Of a stretch of 64,000 bases of DNA, positions 19,615 to 28,199 are shown piece by piece (position 1 is the first letter of the stretch; each line of letters begins with the position of its first letter). The DNA comes from an uncultured Verrucomicrobiota bacterium. Its GTDB lineage: Bacteria > Verrucomicrobiota > CALLYA01 > CAYNBQ01. Both the position numbers and the translations under genes were made by a program. Under the pieces are notes generated by a model. The model had not been told where the DNA came from and did no database searches. It saw only the letters and a list, made by a program, of their open reading frames with translations. The stretch spans positions 5,883-69,882 of the forward strand of contig CAYNBQ010000003.1 of assembly GCA_964395275.1 (NCBI GenBank). The letters are read 5' to 3'.

Positions 19615-21404
19615 GCGATCGGACGCTGCAGGTCGCGATCGCCACCGACTGCGGCAGCACGACCACGAAGGCGATCCTGATCGAGCGGAAGGACGGGGTC
19701 TACCGGCAGACGTACCGGGGCGAGGCGCCGACGACCGTCGAGGCCCCCTTCGAGGACGTCACCCGCGGCGTGCTGAACGCCATCCAGGAGGTCGAGGAAC
19801 TCTCGGGACGCACGATCCTCGACGGCGAGAGGATCATCACGCCCTCCGGCGACGGCCGGGGCGTGGACATCTACGTCTCCACCTCCAGCGCCGGGGGCGG
19901 GTTGCAGATGATGGTGGCGGGCGTGGTGAAGTCCATGACGGCCGAGAGCGCCCAGCGCTGCGCCCTGGGGGCCGGCGCCATCGTGATGGATGTGCTGGCC
20001 TCCAACGACGGGCGGCAGCCGCACGAGAAGATCGAGCGGATGCGCCGTCTGCGTCCGGACATGATCCTCCTGTCGGGCGGGACCGACGGCGGCACGGTCT
20101 CGCACGTGGTCCAGCTGGCGGAGTTCATCGCCGCGGCGGATCCGCGGCCGCGGTTCGGTTCCACCTTCAAGCTTCCGGTGATCTATGCCGGCAACCGGGA
20201 CGCGCGCGAGGAGATCCGGCGGATCCTCGGGGAGAAAACCGCGCTGGTGATCACCGAGAATCTCCGGCCGGTGCTGGAGCGGGAGAACCTCGCGCCGGCG
20301 CGGCACAAGATCCACGACCTCTTCCTGGAACACGTCATGGCCCAGGCGCCGGGGTATGCGAAACTGATCTCGTGGACGCATGCGCCGATCATGCCGACGC
20401 CGGGGGCCGTGGGACTGATCATCGACAGCATCGCCCGACGCCAGGAGCTGAACGTGATCGGGGTGGACATCGGGGGCGCCACGACGGACGTCTTCAGCAG
20501 TTTCTCGGGCCAGTTCAACCGCACGGTGAGCGCGAATCTCGGCATGTCCTACAGCGTCTCCAACGTCCTTGCGGAGGCGGGACTGGAGAACGTGCGCCGC
20601 TGGATGCGGGCGGAGATCGAGGACCAGGATCTCCGGGACCGGGTGAAGAACAAGATGATCCGGCCGACGACCGTGCCGCAGCTTCTCGAGGACCTGGAAC
20701 TCGAACAGGCCCTGGCGCGCGAGGCGCTGCGCCTGGCCTTCGATCAGCACCGGATGCTGGCGGTCGGGCTCAAGGGCGTGCAGCGCGAGAGGACGATCTC
20801 GGACGCCTTCGAACAGAGCGGTTCCGGATCCTCCCTGATCCGGCTGATGGATCTCGATCTGCTCGTCGGCTCCGGCGGTGTCCTGTCGCACGCGCCGCGC
20901 CGGGTTCAGGCGATGATGATGCTCATCGACGCCTTCCAGCCCGAGGGGGTGACCCGACTGGCGGTCGACAGCATCTTCATGATGCCGCACCTCGGCGTCC
21001 TGTCGCAGGTGAACGAGCAGGCGGCCCTGGAGGTATTCGACCACGACTGCATGATTTACCTGGGAACCTGCATCGCCCCGGTCGGCGCGGCGCGGGCGGG
21101 CGACCCGGCCTTCCGCTGCCGGATCACCCGGAACGGCCGGACCGAGGAAGAGAAGATGCGCTTCGGGGAGATCCGGATCCTTCCGCTGGCGGAGGACGAG
21201 GAAGCGGAGGTGGAGATCCTTCCCGGGCGCCGGTTCGACGCCGGGGAAGGGAAGGGACGACCCCTGGAACGGAGGGTGCGGGGCGGCGTGGTCGGCCTGG
21301 TCCTCGACGCCCGCGGCCGCCCGATTCAGCACGCGGCCGATCCGGCGGAGGCGCGGCGCGCGCTGGACTCCTGGTGGAAGGCCGTGGGGATGTATCCCGC
21401 GTGA
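19611..21404 (+). CDS. MutL/GlmL-family ASKHA-fold ATPase (glutamate-mutase-accessory-like), 597 aa
   Basis: N-terminal VAIATDCGSTTTKAILIE is the MutL/GlmL signature. Second ATPase lobe GVDIGGATTDVFS. Confidence 0.75.
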   Translation: MSDRTLQVAIATDCGSTTTKAILIERKDGVYRQTYRGEAPTTVEAPFEDVTRGVLNAIQEVEELSGRTILDGERIITPSGDGRGVDIYVSTSSAGGGLQMMVAGVVKSMTAESAQRCALGAGAIVMDVLASNDGRQPHEKIERMRRLRPDMILLSGGTDGGTVSHVVQLAEFIAAADPRPRFGSTFKLPVIYAGNRDAREEIRRILGEKTALVITENLRPVLERENLAPARHKIHDLFLEHVMAQAPGYAKLISWTHAPIMPTPGAVGLIIDSIARRQELNVIGVDIGGATTDVFSSFSGQFNRTVSANLGMSYSVSNVLAEAGLENVRRWMRAEIEDQDLRDRVKNKMIRPTTVPQLLEDLELEQALAREALRLAFDQHRMLAVGLKGVQRERTISDAFEQSGSGSSLIRLMDLDLLVGSGGVLSHAPRRVQAMMMLIDAFQPEGVTRLAVDSIFMMPHLGVLSQVNEQAALEVFDHDCMIYLGTCIAPVGAARAGDPAFRCRITRNGRTEEEKMRFGEIRILPLAEDEEAEVEILPGRRFDAGEGKGRPLERRVRGGVVGLVLDARGRPIQHAADPAEARRALDSWWKAVGMYPA

Positions 21405-21411
21405 GGATTCG

Positions 21412-22545
21412 ATGATGGCGAAGAGCGCACACGCCTACACCCCCGGCCTGAAGGTCGCCAAACGGACGATCGTCCGGAAACGCCGGCTGCTGCCGATTCC
21501 CGGGAGCGTGCTGGTGGAGAAAGGCGAGCGGGTGACGCGCGACCGGGTCGTGGCGCGCACCGAGCTGCCGGGCGACGTGCAGACGGTGAACGTCGTGAAC
21601 CTCCTGGGGATCACTCCCGAGGAAATCGACGAGTACATGTTGAAAAGGGAGGGCGACCCGGTCGAGCGCGACGAGGTGATCGCCGAGACGCGCCCCTGGC
21701 TGAAATGGTTCCGTTCCTCGGCGAAATCCCCGGTGTCCGGGACGATCGAAAGCGTTTCGAAGGTGACGGGCCAGGTCATGGTGCGCGAACCGCCGAAACC
21801 CGTGGAGGTGCAGGCCTACATCGACGGCGTCGTCGTGGAGGTGATCCCGAACGAGGGCGTCGAGATCGAGACGCCTGCGGCGTTGATCCAGGGCATCTTC
21901 GGAGTCGGCGGCGAAGGGTGGGGCGAGATCGCCGCGGTCGTCGAACCCGGGGACCCGTTCACGGCGGATCGGATCCGGCCGGAACACCGGGGCAAGATCC
22001 TCGTCGGCGGATGCCTGGTCGACGGCGACGCCCTGCAGCGGGCCGTCGAGGTCGGGGCTGCCGCGGTGGTGACCGGCGGCATGCACGATGCGGATCTCCG
22101 CCGGCTGCTCGGCTACGACATCGGCGTGGCGATCACCGGCGAGGAGGAGATCGGGCTGACGCTGATCCTGACGGAGGGATTCGGCGAGGTCCGGATGGCG
22201 GAACGCACCTGGCGGCTGCTCCGGGAGAACGAGGGGCGCGTGGCGGCGGTCAGCGGCGCCACGCAGATCCGCGCGGGGGTGCTGCGACCCGAGATCATCG
22301 TCGCCCTCGAGGGAGGGGAAGAGGCGAAGGGCGCGGGCGAAGATGCGACCGGCGGGTTGAAGATCGGCGACTGGATCCGCGTGATCCGCCAGCCGTGGTT
22401 CGGTCGGCTCGGCCGTGTTCGGGGCCTCCCGGCGGAACTGCAGCAGGTCGAATCCGAGAGCCGCGTACGCGTTCTCGAGGTGGAATTCGAAGGAGGGGAA
22501 ACCGTGATGTTGCCGCGAGCCAACGTGGAGATCATCGAACAGTGA
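21412..22545 (+). CDS. Hypothetical soluble protein (hybrid-barrel-like N-terminus, KOW-like C-terminus)
   Basis: 377-aa ORF 8 nt after the MutL-like gene. Stop overlaps the next GTG. Confidence 0.6.
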   Translation: MMAKSAHAYTPGLKVAKRTIVRKRRLLPIPGSVLVEKGERVTRDRVVARTELPGDVQTVNVVNLLGITPEEIDEYMLKREGDPVERDEVIAETRPWLKWFRSSAKSPVSGTIESVSKVTGQVMVREPPKPVEVQAYIDGVVVEVIPNEGVEIETPAALIQGIFGVGGEGWGEIAAVVEPGDPFTADRIRPEHRGKILVGGCLVDGDALQRAVEVGAAAVVTGGMHDADLRRLLGYDIGVAITGEEEIGLTLILTEGFGEVRMAERTWRLLRENEGRVAAVSGATQIRAGVLRPEIIVALEGGEEAKGAGEDATGGLKIGDWIRVIRQPWFGRLGRVRGLPAELQQVESESRVRVLEVEFEGGETVMLPRANVEIIEQ

Positions 22546-23756
22546 AGGCCGGCCGACGGATCCCGGGGGTTTCGTGGGTCGTGGCGGCGGTCTCGATCGC
22601 GGCCTGCGCTTCTCCGGCGGTCGCCGCCGGCGAGGCGTCCGGGGCCGGCGGGCGGGCCGTCTCTCCGGAAGGCGCGCCGCGGAACGTGGCCGTACGGGAC
22701 ACCAGCGAGGGTCGCGGCGGGGTGCTGACGATCACCTGGGAATGGCCGGAGGACCGGCCCGTGGACGGATTCATCGTCTTGCGATCGACCGACGGCTCGG
22801 CATGGGTCCAAGCGGATGCGGTGGGTCCCTCGGCCAGGAAATGCCTGGATACGTCGCTGGCGAGAACGGACCGGGTTCGTTACTTCTACCGGGTCGGCGC
22901 CCGCAGGGACGGGGAGGTGACCTACGGAGCCCCCGTCGGGCCGGTGGCGTCCCCGGGGGCGTGGTTCAAGAGGGAACGGATCACCGTGCTGATCGCGTCC
23001 CTGATTTTCGGGACGCTGGTCGTGGTCTTCATCCGGCTCGCGAAGGCGGGGCGGCCGCTGAAGGTCCGTCCGATCGCGGGGATCCAGGCCCTGGAGGAGG
23101 CCGTCGGGCGGGCCACGGAACAGGGGCGGCCGGTCCTGTACTCGCCGGGGCTGAACGGTCTGAGTTCGATTTCGACGCTGGCGTCGCTGTCGATTCTCAG
23201 CCGTGTCGCGGAGAAGGTGGCGGAATACGGCACGCGGCTGATCATGCCCAACCGGGATCCGATCGTGATGTCGGTGGCGCAGGAGACGGTCCGGGAGTCC
23301 TACACGCGGGTGGGTCGTCCCGACGCCTTCAATCCGGACGACATCTTCTTCGTGACCGACGAGCAGTTCGCCTACGTGGCGGCGGTCGACGGGATCATGC
23401 TGCGCGAACGGCCGGCGACGAACATCTACATGGGGGCCTTCTACGCCGAATCGCTCCTGTTGGCGGAGACGGGGGCCTCGACCGGGGCGATCCAGATCGC
23501 CGGCACGGATTCCGAGGCGCAGCTCCCGTTCTTCATCGCGGCGTGCGACTACACGTTGATCGGCGAGGAACTCTACGCGGCGGGCGCCTACATGGGGCAC
23601 GATCCGGGACTGCTGGGCAGCCTGAAGGGACAGGACTGGGCGAAGGGCATCGTGATCGCGCTGATGACGATCGGGATCCTGATCACGACGTTGATCGTGT
23701 TCTTCCCCAGGCTCGACGGTCTCCTGTTCCTGCAGCGATGGATGGAGAAGGGATAG
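22542..23756 (+). CDS. Hypothetical membrane protein: signal peptide, FN3-like domain, TM, large domain, C-terminal TM
   Basis: GTG overlaps the upstream stop. Signal/TM VSWVVAAVSIAACASPAVAAG, TM ITVLIASLIFGTLVVVFI, C-terminal TM IVIALMTIGILITTLIVFF. Confidence 0.6.
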   Translation: MKAGRRIPGVSWVVAAVSIAACASPAVAAGEASGAGGRAVSPEGAPRNVAVRDTSEGRGGVLTITWEWPEDRPVDGFIVLRSTDGSAWVQADAVGPSARKCLDTSLARTDRVRYFYRVGARRDGEVTYGAPVGPVASPGAWFKRERITVLIASLIFGTLVVVFIRLAKAGRPLKVRPIAGIQALEEAVGRATEQGRPVLYSPGLNGLSSISTLASLSILSRVAEKVAEYGTRLIMPNRDPIVMSVAQETVRESYTRVGRPDAFNPDDIFFVTDEQFAYVAAVDGIMLRERPATNIYMGAFYAESLLLAETGASTGAIQIAGTDSEAQLPFFIAACDYTLIGEELYAAGAYMGHDPGLLGSLKGQDWAKGIVIALMTIGILITTLIVFFPRLDGLLFLQRWMEKG

Positions 23757-23760
23757 GTCG

Positions 23761-24387
23761 ATGAAACGATCCGCTCCCCTGATTGCGGCCTTCCTGATGG
23801 GGGTCTTCATGTTCGTGCAGTACTTCGTGCCGAACGAGGGACTGAACGAGGTCTACCAGAGGTTCAACAAGTGGGCGTCGATCATCGGAGGCATCGGGAT
23901 CATCCTCGGTCTGGAAAGCCTTCTTCGCCACCACTGGACGCGCATCCGGCGGAAGGTGCCCGGGTGGGCCTACAGCGTGGTGACGCTCGTGGCGATGGTG
24001 GTGACGGCCGCCTTCGGATTCGCCCGGGGGACGGCACCGGGCACGCCGTTCGCGCAGATCTTCGACTACATCTTCACGCCGTTGAACGCGACGATGTTCT
24101 CCATCCTGGCCTTCTACATCGCCTCGGCCGCCTTCCGGGCGTTCCGCGCCCGCACGGTGGAGGCGACGCTGCTCCTGGCGGCGGCGGTGGTCGTGATGCT
24201 CGGCCGCGTCCCGATCGGCAACGTCATCGACGAGCGGATCCCGGAGATCGCGAGCTGGATCATGGCGTATCCGAACATGGCCGCGAAACGGGCCATCATG
24301 ATCGGAGTGGGACTCGGGGTGATTTCGACGTGCGTCAAGATCATCCTCGGGATCGAACGGGCCTACCTGGGCGGATCCCAGTCCTGA
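23761..24387 (+). CDS. Hypothetical integral membrane protein (about 4-5 TM)
   Basis: 208-aa hydrophobic ORF, 4 nt after the previous stop. Confidence 0.6.
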   Translation: MKRSAPLIAAFLMGVFMFVQYFVPNEGLNEVYQRFNKWASIIGGIGIILGLESLLRHHWTRIRRKVPGWAYSVVTLVAMVVTAAFGFARGTAPGTPFAQIFDYIFTPLNATMFSILAFYIASAAFRAFRARTVEATLLLAAAVVVMLGRVPIGNVIDERIPEIASWIMAYPNMAAKRAIMIGVGLGVISTCVKIILGIERAYLGGSQS

Positions 24388-24397
24388 GGAGGGCGGC

Positions 24398-25273
24398 ATG
24401 GTTACGCGATTCTTCGAGAAGATCCTGAACATGGACCGCCGGATCATCTTCGTGCTGATCTTCCTGGCGGCGGCCCTGCCCTTCCTCTTCCCCTTTGCGC
24501 AGCCGGTGCCGATCACCGACGAGGTTCGGGAGGCCTTCAACGCCGTGGAACGGATCGCGGCGGAACCGGGCCGGCACAAGCCGCTCCTGCTGTCCCTGGA
24601 TTTCGATCCGACCACGGCGCCGGAACTGCGCCCGATGGCCGACGCGATCCTGCGGCACTGTTTCCGGCGCGAGATCCCGGTGATCGTCATGACCCTGATC
24701 GCCTCGGGCGACGTGCTGGCCAACAACATCACGGAGCGGATCGCCCGGGAAGAGGGCGCCGAGCGGGGGACCGACTACGTCTACCTGGGCTACAAACCCG
24801 GAGTCGACGCGATCATCCGGCAGATCGGGGAGAACATCCGCAGGATCTATCCGCAGGATTCGCAGGGAACCTCGCTGGCCGACCTGCCGATCACCGCGAA
24901 CGTCACCAACTACGAGGATCTCTCCCTGGTCGTTTGTCTGGCGGGATCGGCGATCGTCGAGACGTGGATCGATTTCGCCGTGGCCCGCTACGGGGCGAAC
25001 TACTTCATGGGGGCCACGGGCGTGATGGCCTCGGGCCTCTATCCGTACATCGAGGCGGGACAGTCGCACGGGCTGCTCGGCGGGATGAAGGGGGCCGCCG
25101 AGTACGAGCGTCTTCTGATCGACAACGGCATCTACGACCGGTTCGGAACGGCGACCGCCGGCATGGGGGCGCAGTCGGCCACCCATTCCGTCATCGTCGT
25201 GCTGATCGTTCTCGGCAACATCGGGTATTTCCTCCAGCGCAGGAAGAGGCGCCGGGAAGGGGAGGCGGGTTGA
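24398..25273 (+). CDS. Hypothetical bitopic membrane protein (N- and C-terminal TM flanking a soluble domain)
   Basis: GAGGAGGG RBS. TM IIFVLIFLAAALPFLFPF near the N-terminus and VIVVLIVLGNIGYFL near the C-terminus. Confidence 0.6.
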   Translation: MVTRFFEKILNMDRRIIFVLIFLAAALPFLFPFAQPVPITDEVREAFNAVERIAAEPGRHKPLLLSLDFDPTTAPELRPMADAILRHCFRREIPVIVMTLIASGDVLANNITERIAREEGAERGTDYVYLGYKPGVDAIIRQIGENIRRIYPQDSQGTSLADLPITANVTNYEDLSLVVCLAGSAIVETWIDFAVARYGANYFMGATGVMASGLYPYIEAGQSHGLLGGMKGAAEYERLLIDNGIYDRFGTATAGMGAQSATHSVIVVLIVLGNIGYFLQRRKRRREGEAG

Positions 25274-26367
25274 TGACCTCGTTCTTCGAACTTCCGCTGA
25301 TGGTGATCTCGCCGCTGAGCGCGGTGGGGCTGTGGACCTGGGTCGGGGCGCTGCTGACCCTGGCGATCTTCTCCTTCCTGTGGCGGGACAATCCCGTCTA
25401 CCGGTTCGCCGAGCACCTCTTCGTCGGCGTTTCCATGGGGTACTTCCTGGTGCTGGTCTGGACCACGTCCACGTATCCCGACCTGGTGTTGCCGCTGTTC
25501 AGCGGCCACGAGAAATCGGCGCACGACCCGGACATCAGCATCCGGGACGGGGGCAGGATGGTCTTCACGGCGCAGGACTGGAACCGCGATCGGACCGTCG
25601 TTCTCGGGGCCGAACCGGACGCCGACCGGGAGAACGGGACCGCCGAGATCGAGGTGCGCATGACGCGCGGGGCCAACCGGATCGGCGCCGTTCGGGTGGA
25701 GGCGGTGGAGATCGACACGGACGCGGAGCCGTCGGAGATCCCCGCCGGGGCGGAAACCCTGCCGGTGCAGCCGAAGGACGACGCCCTGCGGTTCGTCCTG
25801 GATCGCACGACCGTGCCGATCAAGGAGGGAGGAACGGCCGAGTTCCGGGTGCGGCTCTCCCGGGCCCCCGCGGCGCCGGTCCATGCCGTGGCGGCGCGTG
25901 CGGATGCGGTTTCGACGGCCAACCGGCTCCTGTTGTTGATCCCCCTGGTGCTCGGCCTGATGCTCGTTTCCCGGATCGTTCCGCGGATCTCGTGGATGAG
26001 CCGGATCACGATCGGGCTGCTCGTGGGAATGGGCGCCGGCGCGGCGATCCCCGTCGTGATGAAGGCGAGGATTCTCACCCAGACGAGCCGCACGATGTCC
26101 CTGTCGCTCCTGGTGATGGAAAACGGTCAGTTCGACGCAATGGGCACCTTCAACAACCTCGTGCTGATCGTCGGGATCATCACCTCGCTGATCTACTTCT
26201 GGTTCTCCATCGAGCACAAGGGGCCGGTGGGCGTCGCGGCGAAGACCGGCATCTATTTCCTGATGGTCGGCTTCGGCGCCGCGTTCGGCTACACGGTGAT
26301 GGCGCGGGTCTCGCTGCTGATCGGGCGGGTTCTCTTCCTGTTGGACAACTGGCTGCAGGTCGTCTAG
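25273..26367 (+). CDS. Hypothetical polytopic membrane protein
   Basis: 364 aa. ATG overlaps the upstream stop (TGATG). Multiple TMs at both ends with a central hydrophilic domain. Confidence 0.6.
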   Translation: MTSFFELPLMVISPLSAVGLWTWVGALLTLAIFSFLWRDNPVYRFAEHLFVGVSMGYFLVLVWTTSTYPDLVLPLFSGHEKSAHDPDISIRDGGRMVFTAQDWNRDRTVVLGAEPDADRENGTAEIEVRMTRGANRIGAVRVEAVEIDTDAEPSEIPAGAETLPVQPKDDALRFVLDRTTVPIKEGGTAEFRVRLSRAPAAPVHAVAARADAVSTANRLLLLIPLVLGLMLVSRIVPRISWMSRITIGLLVGMGAGAAIPVVMKARILTQTSRTMSLSLLVMENGQFDAMGTFNNLVLIVGIITSLIYFWFSIEHKGPVGVAAKTGIYFLMVGFGAAFGYTVMARVSLLIGRVLFLLDNWLQVV

Positions 26368-26442
26368 CGGCCCGTGGCGAAGGACGCACATGATCGAATT
26401 GCGGGGGCCCGCGAACGCAGGGCTCCGGCCGGAGAAGGGAAG

Positions 26443-27639
26443 ATGGCTTTCCTGCGTGCCGTCGATCCGAAACTGATCGAACGCACCGTGGAGATCCGAA
26501 GGAGGATCCACGCGGCGCCGGAGCTTTCCTTCGAGGAACATCGCACGGCCGCCCTCGTGGCCGAAGAGCTGGCGGAGACGCGCGCGACGGTGCGGACCGG
26601 CGTCGCCCGCACGGGGGTGGTGGCCAGGTTCGTTCGGGATCCGGATCTGCCGACCGTTGCGCTCCGCGCGGAGATGGACGCGCTGCCGATCCGGGAGGAG
26701 ACGGGCGTTCCGTACGCCTCGAGGAACGAGGGGATCATGCACGCCTGCGGCCACGACGGGCACACGGCGATCCTGCTCGGGGTATCGCGGATCCTGGACG
26801 AACGGATCGACGATTTTCCCGGAAACGTGGTGCTGATCTTTCAGCCCGCCGAGGAGAACGGCGGCGGCGGAAGGGAGATCGTGGAGGCCGGCGTGCTGGA
26901 CGACCCGCCGGCGTGCGGCGCCGCGGCGTTGCACGGCTGGACCCTGCTGGACGTCGGCGATGTCGGGATCGGCAGCGGCCCGATTCTGGCGGCCACCGAC
27001 GGGTTCCACGTCGAGATCGAGGGACCGGGGGGCCACGGCGCCCACCCGGACCGGACGGTCGACGTGGTGCTGGTGGCGGCACGGGTGATCGAATCGCTGC
27101 ACTCGGTGGTTTCGCGCGAGGTGGATCCGGTCGAGCCGGCCGTGATTTCCGTCGGCCGAATCCAGGGGGGCAGCGCCAACAACGTCATCCCGAATCGCGT
27201 CGAGATGGCGGGGACGATCCGCAGCCTCCGCGAGGAGACGCGGCGGTTTCTCTCCCGGAGGGTCCGGGAGATCGCGGAGGGCACGGCGCACATGGCGGGC
27301 GGCCGGGCCGCGGTGACGATCCACGAAGGCTATCCGGTGACCCGCAACGATCCCGACCTGTCGAACCTCTTCCGGGATGTGGCGGCCGATCTGCTGGGAG
27401 AGGAGCACGTGCATTTCTTGACGCAACCGAGCATGGGCGGCGAGGACTTCAGCTATTACGGGGCGAGGGTCCCGTCGGTGATGTTCCGACTGGGCGTGCG
27501 CCGTCCCGGGGCCCGGGAATGGCCGTCGCTGCACACGTCGCGGTTCGATTTCAGCGACGAGGCGATTCCGGTGGGCATGCTCACGCTGGTGAACTTTGCG
27601 GCGGCGATTCTGAAGCGGCACGTCGAATCGCGCGATTGA
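26443..27639 (+). CDS. M20D-family amidohydrolase (N-acyl-amino-acid / hippurate hydrolase-like)
   Basis: IHAAPELSFEEHRTA...MHACGHDGHTAILLG... metal-binding motifs. GGAGAAGGGAAG RBS. Confidence 0.85.
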   Translation: MAFLRAVDPKLIERTVEIRRRIHAAPELSFEEHRTAALVAEELAETRATVRTGVARTGVVARFVRDPDLPTVALRAEMDALPIREETGVPYASRNEGIMHACGHDGHTAILLGVSRILDERIDDFPGNVVLIFQPAEENGGGGREIVEAGVLDDPPACGAAALHGWTLLDVGDVGIGSGPILAATDGFHVEIEGPGGHGAHPDRTVDVVLVAARVIESLHSVVSREVDPVEPAVISVGRIQGGSANNVIPNRVEMAGTIRSLREETRRFLSRRVREIAEGTAHMAGGRAAVTIHEGYPVTRNDPDLSNLFRDVAADLLGEEHVHFLTQPSMGGEDFSYYGARVPSVMFRLGVRRPGAREWPSLHTSRFDFSDEAIPVGMLTLVNFAAAILKRHVESRD

Positions 27640-27835
27640 AAAGCATTTTCCCGTCGCTCCCGGCGGGGCCGGCGCGAACGAACGGATCGGCAAGAATTTC
27701 CGGCAGCTTCCGCGTGCAGAGGGGGCGTCCTGGGGCGCGGTTCCCCCTCGGCGTCGTCCGGGGGGCGGGCGGGAAGGGGCGGCGCCTCGGTCGAGAAGTA
27801 ATCCGGCGCGGGAACCGCGCGGCCGCCGGTCGATG

Positions 27836-27853
27836 GAAAATCCAGGATTTTTC
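27836..27853. promoter_or_regulatory. Inverted repeat GAAAATCC-A-GGATTTTTC in an AT-rich island
   Basis: Near-perfect 8-bp-arm palindrome inside an unusually AT-rich, ORF-free stretch (about 27830-27960), upstream of the candidate ncRNA promoter. Confidence 0.25.
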
Positions 27854-28168
27854 ACGATCGAAACGCGTAACATGCGGTATTGAAGGCGGTTGCGGAGCAA
27901 ATGACACCCGGCCATGGTGCGTGCGAAATCATTGGAAAATTTTTTCGTTCTTGCGTTTTCGCCTCCGTTCCGCGGGCCGGCGGCGACCCTGTGAATAACT
28001 TCCGCGGGAGGAATCGCGGAGGGATCCCCGCGTAACCCGGCGCGGTTCAGGCACTTGGAAATCCGTGCCGGGAAGGCGTTTTCTCGATTCTCACAGGTTG
28101 TTCACAGGGGTGCGGACGGTGGGGCCGGGGGCCGGTTGCGGGCCGGTGCGGGGGCGGTCGTCGGGGGA

Positions 28169-28196
28169 GTTGACAACCCCGGGGAATGGGGTATCC
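28169..28196 (+). promoter_or_regulatory. Sigma70-type promoter (TTGACA-16-TATCCT)
   Basis: Consensus -35 TTGACA at 28169-28174 and -10 TATCCT at 28191-28196. No protein-coding gene lies downstream on the + strand. Confidence 0.45.
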
Positions 28197-28199
28197 TGA

